The position numbers and the translations under genes are program-made. From Trypanosoma brucei (taxonomy: Eukaryota), in the NCBI GenBank assembly GCA_000002445.1, contig AL929603.2:32001-96000 (forward strand): 64,000 bases of DNA, written 5' to 3'. The notes under the pieces are model-generated. The model did not search any database. It saw only the letters and a program-made list of their open reading frames with translations, and had not been told where the DNA came from. Shown here one piece after another: positions 51,901-63,700 of this stretch (positions are counted from its first letter, which is position 1; every line of letters starts with the position of its first letter).

Positions 51901-53853
51901 GGAACTTCCTGCAAGATATTATCGAATCACCATTACAACATGTGTTGTGTTTGTTTGATGGGTTCACCTGTTACCGTATTGTAAAGACGGACCCCAAAAA
52001 CAACATCCGCGTCGGTGTGTCCAATAGAGATGATGGAAGAGTTCTCCTGTACTGAAATGGCGTTGCTCTCTGAGAGTCGTAAACTTACAACAACAAATAG
52101 AAGTGCAGTTACATCCTATGCTGGAATGCGGTAATGATTTTCCGCCAATGCATAAAAACACCGCATGATGAATTCCCTGTTCCTCACATGTTTTAGTCCT
52201 CAGCCACATTCACTTTCCTATTCTATTGGCTCCTGAAACCATTGCCATGATGTACGGATGGCTTTGTGTGTGGGAACTGCAATAAAAATAATAATTATTA
52301 TTATAACTCCTTTCACCAATGAGTTTACTATTGGTTGTAAAAGTGCTCTTGGTGCCACTCCATTATTCTTTTTGAGTCCCCAGCTTTTGAGGGGCTACTG
52401 TATTTTTTAAAAAGAGTGATGCACCGTTTTATTCTCCACCCCTTTCAGGTGACTTCCTCCTGCATCGTTTTTACTTTCCCATTGTAGAATGTTTCTCAAG
52501 GTGTTTCCTTTGTGAAGCTTTGGTTATGCTATAAGTAAAGACCACTCAACTCCATGCTTCCGGGACCTGTTGTTGCATTTATTCCCCTTTAGTTGCTGCA
52601 AATTTGTTTATTTGACAAGTTGTAGTGCAATACTTCACTTGACCATATGTGTAACATCGTGTCTCGTTGCTTTATAAAAATTCAAAAAGAACACATCAGG
52701 TGATATTCTTCCGTTTTTACTTCGTACATTCACATCTCTTCCCGTCAGTTCGGAAACTCCCACACAAACTCACCACTCTGTGAAGATTTGTAGTTTCCGT
52801 TAGTGATGGGTGTACTGAAGTGGACATGTTTGGCACTTCAAAACTAAGTTTTTTTAAACTTACACCTTCCTTCTTGCATAGAGCTTCAGTGCGAGAGTAA
52901 AAGAATAGTTGAGTGTTATGAGAAAACATAAGCCCAAATATTCTCGATGCAAGTTTTCAATAAAAGCAAACACATTAAGATGGTTCAGTGAACACATGCA
53001 GTATCGTCCATAGCAAAGGTATTATTTACACCCAATAAACAACTCAAACAAATAACACCAGCATACATATCGCAAACATATAAATTGCACCTGCACAAAC
53101 AAATAAAAACTGCTGTGACTCATCATGTGTAAAATATTATGAGCACAAAAACATAAATGTCCTTGACCTTCCATAAATGTATAACACAATATTATTTTGC
53201 ATTATCATCGGGAAAATATTTATATATATATATATATGTATATTCAGCCAAAAGTCAAGAGTGTGCTCTGGCCTTGTAGAACTGTAAATGCGTGAATGTT
53301 CTGTTATTATTGTTTCCCATTGTAAAATGAAGATACCTGCAGATGTGGAGAAACGTCTCCTTTAATGCTTATGATGCATCAAATAATTCTCTCGTAAAGA
53401 AAGGAGCGAGCAAATGCTCAGTACACGTGTCCCTATTTGTATCTTTCAATGAAGGTTCTCTTGAGTGGAGTAAAGAAAAAACAAATAAAAAGCAAGAAGT
53501 ATATGATGTGAGTGATAATACATAATGAAATGACCCAACAAGAGGGAAAGGAAGTTACATGCCTTCACTACAGTCATACAAATAAAGCCAGATCCTTTAC
53601 ACTCGTTTCACAATGTTCTGTCGTATCGCTCTGCATAAAAAAAAAAATACTAATAGGAAATGGAAATGTAAGAAGAAAGTAAAAAAGTATCAAATAGCTC
53701 GAGGGTTATCGACACTCAGCTACGTGGAATGATACGTATCGCAAATTTGTCTTTGAAATGATCACCATCCTAATGAACTTACTCGTATGTTACTTAATCC
53801 TAGGAAATACTTCTCTGTGCGCTCAAGTTACCCGACAACTTTCCTTCCACACC

Positions 53854-56355
53854 CTATGCATTGTTACCACCTCTATTGTTAACTCCGTTGTTATTTTCAC
53901 CTCTTGTTTTCAATTCAACGTATAGTGCAATAATGTGTTTATAAAGTGAGACCGCGAACTGACGCACTTCCCTTTTCCAAAATCTTTCCTCAACCTCATT
54001 ATTTTGCCCTTCATCTCTGTCAGTCCTTTCACAGCACTGCGGCTTCGTAATTTTTTCGCTGTCAACCCTTTGGACATAAATTATTTCCCATACCATATCA
54101 TTGGAAAAATTGTCCCAACCTTGGAAGTAACTTCGCAAATACCTCTTCATCTTAAATAACCCACCGGTGCTGCAGGGATGTCTACCGGAAACTGTGTACT
54201 GCAGTCCCACAAAAGTCTTCGGGCTCTCAACGAAAAAGAACGCATCAACAACTGGGAAACTCCTTGATTGCGGCTTGTACAATTTCATATATTGAATTTC
54301 AGCTCCAGCTACAATTGGAACATCCTCGGGAACCACAATCGAAGGACCAATGAGTCTTGGTTCTTGCAGCACCTGCAGCACACTTTGTGGAATTTGATTC
54401 CTAGCAAATGAAAGGCCCTGTAACTCCCTTGCCAACTCAGTTAGTGTATTCTCATGCGACAATGCTTCAATGCCACTCTTCTCAAACATGTAGGCGGCGA
54501 TAGCGCGGTTAGACAGCAGAGCAGACATTGCAGCATATTTATCCGTTAGCCAAGGTATCAGAAAGTCTAAAATAGCTTGTCCCGTGTAAGATGAAAGCGG
54601 TCTGCAGCGATACATTTCACACAGGAGCTTCTCCTCCTTCACTCGAACAACCCCTACTAACTTGTGTGATACTTCATCTGTTTGCCACATAGCTGCGTTT
54701 TGGAAATATTTAGCGTAATCATTCATATCATCATCTTTCATTTTGCCAATGGCTTCCTGAACCTTTCCCTCCTGCCTATTATACGAACTAAGACGACCAA
54801 TATGACGAAGCAGTGGACCAACGATACGAATGCGAGCTTGAATTTCTTGCCATTCACTTTCAATTTTCTCCTTTGCAACTGGAGGACTCCACTTGTAAGC
54901 AGGAGCAATTTTCCCCCATCTCGATATGTGTATGGCTTCCAAATCCTTCAATGTATCACAGTTCATGTAAATATCTGAGGCGGTGTTTTGCTTGGACCAT
55001 TCATGGAATTGCTTGACGTTTGGAGAGCTCAAAGCAATACCGGCACAACCAGCAGGTGGTTTCGTCGGAGCAGGATGGTCCTTGTCCACATCGAATATAA
55101 CGTATCCCTTGATATCCTCACCGCTACGTGATCCTCCGATTATTTGCTCAACAACTGTAAATGCATTCCCATAATCATTGTAAAACGTAACATATCCTGC
55201 TCGACCACCTATGGGTTTGTGAAACACATACGCCTTACCCCTCACAACGTATATGATAATCTGAAGCTGACTCGCTTCATAATGCAGTAGTTTGTATAAC
55301 AGTAGGGATCCCACGGAAAACGATTTACCAATACCAGGTGTACCAATAAGAACATTAGACGCATCGTCAACAATCACTTCATCCATAAGCCACCGGTTAA
55401 GCACATTCTCCACCTTGTACCACACCCTCAGTGCTTCCCTGCGGATATAAACATCACTTTTAAAAACATACTCCACTCCCTTCTCATGATTAATATCATA
55501 ATCATTTGGGTTCTTTTCGAAAGACGTGTATGGCCAACCCATTTGAGATGTAAGCACAGCAATCTCCAAGTTACCGTGACGGGGAAGTGGTTCGTTCATA
55601 GTTTCCGGAGTGTGACTGACATCAACCTCCTCCTTCGTCCACATGTGTGGCGGTCTTCCATTGAACACTTTCATGCCAAGTGGCTCTTCATCATAACCCG
55701 ACTCCACATAACCCCACGTCGCATTGTATATAGAATCATATACTCCTTTAAGTTCGCTACCATCAGCTGTTTGGTGAGCTCGCTTTTCCGCTCTCTTGGC
55801 GGCCGTCACCGCTCCATCCAACCTTCCCCTCGCCACGGGACCAACAAATTCTCTTATTTCCACTGTCCCCTTCTCCTCCCACTGACTGAGGTAGTAAATT
55901 TCTTTTTCGTCAAGGTAGTCTACCTTCTCAGACAGATCAATAGCTGTCTTCACTGTTTTAAACTCATTAGTGCCTTGTATATCCTCAAGAATCTCAGCAT
56001 CAACAATATATTTTCTGGGATTCTTAACAAAAATGGGCATCCTAACATTTTCTGCCTCAGCCACCGCAAAAGTCCCGCCAACGAACTTCTGAATAAAGTC
56101 GTTCACTGTCATATCCCTCAAACCCGCATAATCATCCAGCAGCACATCCCTCACCTTACTATCCATTGTCCAGTTGGGCCCCCCTTCAGTTCTCTGCCGT
56201 ATTTGTGGAGGCTGAGCAGCAGCAGCAGCAGCAGGAGGAGGAGGCGGCGGTACATTTTCATCCCGTGGCCTCCTCATGGGCCCTTCAAAATTATCTGCCA
56301 CTTGTTGATTTTCATTATTTCCTTGTGGAGCTGCGGGACTATTTGCTCTTGACAT
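53854..56355 (-). CDS. Retrotransposon hot spot (RHS) protein, d/f subtype (833 aa), intact. Near-identical paralogue of 37904-40405.
   Basis: Differs from RHS-d at 2 residues (AAQTADG vs AHQTADG; QGRIRIV vs QARIRIV). Flanks are also duplicated. Confidence 0.88.
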   Translation of the reverse strand: MSRANSPAAPQGNNENQQVADNFEGPMRRPRDENVPPPPPPAAAAAAQPPQIRQRTEGGPNWTMDSKVRDVLLDDYAGLRDMTVNDFIQKFVGGTFAVAEAENVRMPIFVKNPRKYIVDAEILEDIQGTNEFKTVKTAIDLSEKVDYLDEKEIYYLSQWEEKGTVEIREFVGPVARGRLDGAVTAAKRAEKRAHQTADGSELKGVYDSIYNATWGYVESGYDEEPLGMKVFNGRPPHMWTKEEVDVSHTPETMNEPLPRHGNLEIAVLTSQMGWPYTSFEKNPNDYDINHEKGVEYVFKSDVYIRREALRVWYKVENVLNRWLMDEVIVDDASNVLIGTPGIGKSFSVGSLLLYKLLHYEASQLQIIIYVVRGKAYVFHKPIGGRAGYVTFYNDYGNAFTVVEQIIGGSRSGEDIKGYVIFDVDKDHPAPTKPPAGCAGIALSSPNVKQFHEWSKQNTASDIYMNCDTLKDLEAIHISRWGKIAPAYKWSPPVAKEKIESEWQEIQARIRIVGPLLRHIGRLSSYNRQEGKVQEAIGKMKDDDMNDYAKYFQNAAMWQTDEVSHKLVGVVRVKEEKLLCEMYRCRPLSSYTGQAILDFLIPWLTDKYAAMSALLSNRAIAAYMFEKSGIEALSHENTLTELARELQGLSFARNQIPQSVLQVLQEPRLIGPSIVVPEDVPIVAGAEIQYMKLYKPQSRSFPVVDAFFFVESPKTFVGLQYTVSGRHPCSTGGLFKMKRYLRSYFQGWDNFSNDMVWEIIYVQRVDSEKITKPQCCERTDRDEGQNNEVEERFWKREVRQFAVSLYKHIIALYVELKTRGENNNGVNNRGGNNA

Positions 56356-59300
56356 AACTCTCTTAATATTATTAACTTAACTTCCTTTCCTTTTCTTTTT
56401 TCTCTGAAATTATAAATAACTGAAGTAAAATAATAGATAAGAAAACAATAGCGGGTGAACAGTGTAACATAATATCAAATGTAATAGAGCGCGTTAATGT
56501 TTATTCACTATAGTTTGCAGAATATGATATCATAATGTATTTGGTATTGAGAGGAACAATTTCAAAATATAGCAGCTGTAAATAAATATTTCCCTTGCTT
56601 CATTATCATGTGCTAAATATAATGAACTTCATACATCATTTCTTTAACTATGAATAACATGCAGACAAAAAATATTACTGCCTCATATACCTGCATAAAC
56701 ACTTCGTATATATAATCAATATTTAAAGAGAGTCAAATTCTATTGATTAAAATCAAGTAAAACAATAAACAAAAAATTTATGGATATTAATGAAGCGAAG
56801 AAAAAGAGTATCGGCACAACACATAGATATACACACACATGAATACACACCACACAACTACACAACTGTTCCACTGGAGTTTCCTCACTTCTGTCAATAC
56901 GTAACATTCACTTGCATTGAATAAACTCATTGAAATATAAATCACTTATCCCCTCCCCCGTGTATTCACTTACTTCCAAAGGAGAATATTAAATAATGTC
57001 TGTAGGACAGGTAAAAAAAAACTGATAGTCTTTTTGCATCAGATAACCAGAGAGTATTTCTGTTTACTTTCATAATAAATAAAAACATTCTTTCACCTTC
57101 AGTTAAAATAAAATTTAATTACTTGCCTCCTCATTGTTCACAACTATCAACAACTAATTCAGCGACACAAATTCATATGTATTTTATGTGCCATCGTTGT
57201 TTGATTCATTCACACACCTTTTATGATAGCGATAATACAACATATGGAAAATAATTGGAATAAAATTAATACAATTAATTGAGGAAACCGTAAAAGATTA
57301 TCATAACATATCTTTTATTTTCCCTCCTTTCATTTACACTGATTAATTATGTAATGAGACAATTCCTTTTCAGTACGTGTCCACACTTATTGTATCATCA
57401 TTGTAAGTTTCCTATTGCTCACATACATAAAGTTATTGGAATAACAAAAAAATAAAACAACACATCTAAATAACTTGAAAAAATATATAACAAATAAAGG
57501 TAATAAAGAAAATAAGCGTGAACAGACAGATAATAAAATGAAACACGTCTCGCACTTTCCTTCTAAATATTCAATAGTTGTATGTTACAAATAAAAACAA
57601 TTACACATTATAGAAAAGAAGAGATATAATTACATTATACACCTGTATGTGGATATGTAACAGTGAGTCATAGTAGAAATAAATTGTCTAAACACAATAG
57701 TTATGGAAGATAACATAATTCAAAATATTAAAAATATTATTCTATCAACATTCCCTTCCTTCTCCATTAAGTTTTCAAATGGTTTCAAATAATAATTCAC
57801 ATAATCTCATACATATGTTATGATGGGTTTTGCATGCAGTACAATTTAAAGGAAGTGTAGCTCATATAACATTTTCAAAAATAGGTATTGAATGACTGTT
57901 TGCTACCATCAATTACATTTCCAATGCCTGATTACACTTTTATATGCATGAAGGAAGTTACTGATGATAACTTTGACATGCTCGAGAATTCATAACACAA
58001 AGCGACTGCTGCATGCAATAAAAAATAAAAATAAAAATAACATCCGAATTCATTTACTGACAGATGAGTGCAATTCATTCACCCAAACTTCATAGCTGCA
58101 AATATAAACTCGCTGCTGCCAATAGGAAATAATCCCGCATAAATATTGAGTATCTGAAAATGATAGCAACGGGTTTCCATTATTTAAATATATGCATAAA
58201 CTACATGAGGTATATGAAGCCATATTGGTAAAGTGTCACTACGCATGTTGCAATTTACTATCAGAAGTGTCTGCCTTATTTTATTTCTTGTGTTAATGTA
58301 ACTCATGAGTATTATTCATTATTCTTTACAATACAACTGTAAGTCATTTTGCATTTTTACATATTTTCTTATTCCCTCATACTGGAAGTGTTCCACATAT
58401 AATATTCCTCAATATCGTTCACAAAATAAAAATAATTTCATTTCCTTCTGTATTCAGTTTCTTGTGCAGCAGTGTGTACTAATCATCCATAAAGTTTTTA
58501 ATTTGCCAAATACATCATTACGAAACTATTTTCCACAAATAAACAAACAAATAAACAACCAAACATTTTTAAATGTTGTTGTGAAACGGAAATTGAATCA
58601 CGGAAAATTGTGGGGCGCACACGTAATGGGCACCATGAATGCCTCTTTGGATATTCCTCTATGGATTTTCACCAGCATCATCAACTTACTTTTTGTGTAA
58701 AAAAAAACAAAAAAGAAATAAAGGTACAAATGCATTAATAAACCCAACTCCTCAGCAGGAAATCAAGAACAGGAAGCCACGAAAAGCGTATGGCATATAT
58801 GATTTTCACCTCTCAGTTACTTGAGGTGGATCGCATGATTTACCCACCTTCTAAGAACACACCCTCCGAGAGGCCCGATTAAAAGAAAAAAAAACGCTAT
58901 GACGGTTGAAAAGACGTTTTTCATAAACCTTCACTTTATACGTGAGGATGCATGAATAAACAATGATAACGATGAGAATGCTAACGGAAACAATGACGAA
59001 CCGTGAGGATCCTAGAAAAAAAAATAAAATAAAATCATCACGTACCTTCACAGTAGGGAAACTTAATAAATAACAAAATATAAATATTCCCTACACAGAG
59101 GTATAGGGAGTGTTCGTCAACTTCGTAATGCTAATCAAAAAGTCTTCAAATGTATCGATCATTCGTGTAGTCAATCAAATAAGAAGTAACATGTACTACA
59201 CGCACAAAAGCACACTTACAAAGCCTACAAACCCACTTGCCCCCTTTTAGAGAATACCACTCTCTAGTCAGTGATAGGAGAGGTGATATTAAAAGTATTC

Positions 59301-59364
59301 CCTTTATAATTATTTCTGACTCCTCAATTCGTTGCAACATAACATAACATGCAAAGATGTTGCA

Positions 59365-60797
59365 TCAGGCAGCGGGGCCACCAGCAATAGCGTTTGGTTC
59401 ATCCTGGGTGATCTCCTTAACAATATTCCCTTCCATCTTCACTTGAAACTGGTTGATTCTATTCCACAACTCTGTAGTATAATCGCCTCTGCCCCCAACT
59501 GGTTCGCACTTCTGCCTCTCCTCGATTGGCTTGCTGTCACTGTACTGTATGTAAATCAGCTCCCATTTCAAGTTTCTTGCGAGCTTATCCCATTCACCAA
59601 ACAATTGTTTCATTGCCTTGATAAACTTATCTACCTTCTCTCGTGTCGTGTGATGCGTTGGTGCCACTGTCGCCTGGAGCAGAACAATTGTTGTTGTAAT
59701 GATCGCTCTTCCTTCTCTATCAACAGCTGGCTCAGTTACAAAGAAAAAGGCGTCCACAACGGGGAAATTTCCCTGTACAGGTCGGTAAAGGCACCCAACC
59801 TTGATGTCTTGGCCTGTCGTTTCGGGGTAAATATGACGAAGTGAAGTTGGAACACGTCCCACGGCATTACCACTTGCCAGAGCGGATACATTTGAATCCA
59901 TTTCTTCTCCAACGCGAGGGAGATACCGCAGGTGCGTCACAATCGTCTGCACAACATTTCTCATCGTGAAGGCAAATATGCCCACATTTTCAAATTCATC
60001 AGCGGCCCGCTCTTCTTTCCCACGAAAAACCTTTCGAAGGTAATTGTCTCGCATACATGCTGTGTTCGCCCACACTCTCAATTTCTGCTCAATATCAATG
60101 GAAACAGCTCTGTTTCTGCATTCTTCTCCATTCTCAGTTACAACCCGGACCAACTTAGCTAACATGTAAGTAGTCCCGTCCTGGCGCCATTGAACTCGAC
60201 TATTCAGCACCTTCATGTAGTGACTATCATCGCCTCTACTGATTTCTGCCAGTGCCTCATTTATTTCTCTAACGCGGCCCTTGTAGCGTTTTTCACCTTC
60301 CAGTACTTGGCGGGCCAGTGGGCCCACCTTCTTAATCCATCCTTCTATTTTCTGCCATTCATTCTCAAGGTTTATGATGTGAGCTTCGGTGATTTTACTT
60401 TCGTCCAACTTCGACAGCCGCCTCCACGCAACCGCAGCCTTCAGTTCCACCTCTTCATAGCAATTGATGCAAAAGCGCTCGCAAGCCCGTGGCCGCTTCC
60501 AGCGTCTGTAGTTATTTGGATCTGGAGATGTCAACACAATTACGGGCCACGTTTCCGGCAATTTTGTCGGTATGGGTTCATCTCTCTCTTTCGCAAAGTC
60601 GTATATAATGTAACCAAGACCTTCTTCATCAGCCAAGTCATTGACAGCATCCACTCCATCTTTTTCTTCTTCATAAAATACAACCTTTCTCGGATGAACA
60701 TTTGTCGCCCTGAAGAAAATATATGCCCTACCCTTCACAAAATAAGCGATAATCCGCAACAGCTCCGAATCGTAATGCAGCAACCTTTGGAGCAGAA
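59365..60797 (-). pseudogene. RHS, e/g subtype. 3' portion only; the gene is split by an ingi insertion at 60797|60798.
   Basis: Collinear with RHS-e from LLQRLLHYDSELL to the C-terminus AIAGGPAA. The in-frame 492-aa ORF runs into ingi sequence. The 5' part (including the P-loop) must lie beyond the ingi, outside the window. Confidence 0.85.
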
Positions 60798-63700
60798 TTT
60801 TTTTTTTGAATTTTCTTCGTGCCTTCGTGAGAGTTTCTCCCAACTGGCGCGGCCATCAGCCATCACCGTAGAGCCCTGAGATGCTATCGGTCTGGCGACT
60901 GTGGCAGAGTCTCCCTTTTTTATTCATCCTAACACACCCTCTATAATTTTTGTTGTAGCTCCGCATATGAACGGAATACAGTAGATGGGGCGAGAAGCCC
61001 CCCTCACCCCGGACTCTCCCAAAGATGTCAATTAGCAATCCTTTTGTTTTGATTTTTGTTATTCGTTTATTATTCTCTCCCCCTCTTTCTGTTTCTGTTG
61101 CTTGTTGACTGCATACCTCCTCTGTCTCTGAGGGTGTCTGGACTATTCCTGCGTCCGGTGCTTTTCCTGCTAGCTCCACATTCGGCAATAAGGGGGGAAG
61201 TTGCAGAAGGGAGAGTGGGTTGTATGACTGTTACCTTAGGTGAGGACTTCACCTGCGGCCGGCTCCGTTCAACCGCAATGAGAAACTGCGCCAGCCTTTT
61301 GGAGAAACATACATCCTGCACACACTCACCTTCTACCGCAAATCTGACACGTAACTCCTTCAAACCGGGACAGCTCATCAAGTGCAGCGACGTTTCTTCG
61401 CAGTCGCCGCGTTGGCTGGTAACAGCGCGCTCTACCTTCATACCGTGCATCTTCTTTTGATGTAGGGTGAGGCCAGTTTTGCTAGCACACTGCCTTCCGC
61501 ATGTCGGGCACACCAACATGGATGTGTTTGTATGCGGGGAATCAGTGGCACACAATTTTGTGCTTTTGCTGCATTTAAGCTCGACTCCCTCACCTTTGTG
61601 GAAAGCCTTACAGTGTCGGATGAGGGAGTCCCTGCAACTGAGCACTTTTTGGCACACACCACACTGCACCTCGCCCTTCCCCGGGACGTCAACGTTTCCC
61701 TCACGGGCACGCTTACGAGGGAATTGCACCAACACCACGGTACCGTCCTCCGTCACTATGCTTTTATGTTTGAATTTCTTGTGTAGTGTCAGGGAAGAAC
61801 GTGTACCGAAGCTCGCCTCGCACAGGTCACATTGAAACGGCAGCTTCCGTGTATCCTGAGAGGCTGGCGCTGCTGGGGCTTTACCATCTCCTTGCACTGA
61901 GTCCTCGTTCTCTCGCCCCCTTTTCACGCGGCAACTGCCGCTGCCTATGCCATGTATTGTTCTAAGGTGGTGTAGTAGTCTGCCTGGCACTGCGAATTTG
62001 GAGGCACAGATGGTACAATGAAGCACCTGCGGTCTCATCGGGACTCGTGTGCTCGATGGTAGGGGAACGATCGCCACCACTGGAGGGGGCTCCGGGGGGA
62101 TATCCACTGCAGGTGTTGCATCGCCGTATTTGATCCTCCGGAGGGCATCAGCTCGCACAAAGCCATGTTTGTTTACCATATGCGTTACAGCACTCGAGCG
62201 GCATTGGTATGTGGCATCACATTCCGTACATTTGGTCGGTTCGGAGGTTCTTTGAAGAGTGCGTGTCGCAACAGTTGGGGCTGTTTGTATTGTTGGCCCT
62301 ATCTCTGCATGTTGCGGGTTGCACCATCGGCACTGTGGAGGCACACTCGGGTTAATCTTTCGCAACATCCATCCATAGTGTCTTGAAGACCCAACCCGAA
62401 AGCGTGCCAGTGCCGTTTCTTCTTCCCTCGTCAGTTCTTCCTTATGTTTTGTTGGAAAGTGGTTGCCCGTGATACCAAACCTATGAGTGTTCTCATGGAC
62501 TTCTTCCGACCTAAGCACTCGCTTCGCATAAGCAATGATGTCGGGGATCCATGTGTCTCGCAACTGTGGTAAATCTGCGGCCTTTTTGGCCATGTCATCG
62601 CAAACCTCATTCCGTTTCACGCCACAATGGCCAAACACAAATTGCAGTCGGATACGTATCTTCCTTCTCTGAACTTGAAGCAGAAGCCTCCATAGTCGTC
62701 TTAGAATTGGGTCCGTTACGGCTAGGGGGCCTGTCTGCAGTGCTGTTAACATTGACAGCGAGTCAGAGAAGATGGACAACCTGCTCGGTGTGGTTCTGTA
62801 TGCCGGAAGCCATTTCAGCAGCCGTTGCAGTCCTATCTCTAATGCTACGCATTCCGCTCTGTAACTGCATGAAAGTTCCCCTGCTCCTGTCTTAGGTGCA
62901 CAAATCAGCGTGTTGTTTCTATAGAGCAGGGCAGCTGCTCCGGACTTCTCACCGAGGGACACGGATCCATCAGTCCACAATTCGTAGTGCTCTCGCCGCG
63001 GTGGCTCCTTCCCCCTCCGTGCAAAATGTCGTTCAATCCACTTTTCGGAAGCCTCCCTTTTGACATCGTCAGGGTCATCAGCGCACACAGGCTTTATCTG
63101 CGTGTGAAATATCGGTCGGCAGCTGTGGCGGAGCGTCGATGTCTCTAGTGGGTGCTCGCGTGGCTCAATGCGGAGGTGGGGGTAGGACCGCATGATACGG
63201 GAATGTAGGGCTCTGACTGGGTGTTTGCTGTGGTATACTTCTTCAGCACTGCGCCGCAAACATCCGCCTCGTGACTCACACATCAGCATGAATTTCATGC
63301 TGCGCACAAGAGTGGCCGTCTTGAGTGGCAGGAGGTTTGCTTCCAGCAGAGAGTCCTCTTTGCGCGTCCCATGCGGTATGCCGGCTATGATGCGACTGGC
63401 TTTGTGTTGTGCTGATGCAAGGAGGTCGCGACTTCGTTCCGAAGCGTCCCAGTACCATACCTCAATGCCATACATGGTGTGTGCCTGTACGAGTGCTAGA
63501 TAAAAAGTTCTCAGTACTTGTCGTCTTGGCCCCCATGTAGAAGCTGAGATGGCTGCTATCTGCAGTAGTCGGAAGTCCATCTTGCGTCTCGTTTCGGCCG
63601 CATGTGTTGCCATCCCCTGCAGACACTGGAATGTTACTCCTAGAAGCTTCGGTGTCCTGTCAGCTCCTATTCTTTCACCGTCCAGTTGTAATGTAAGGGG

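Noticed and set aside
60798-60843. Apparent start MGETLTKARRKFKKK of the 492-aa ORF (59365-60843)
   Set aside because: The first about 15 codons are read from the ingi 3' UTR and poly(A) (KKK from the A-run). This is not a real N-terminus. The real feature is an RHS 3' fragment ending at 60797.
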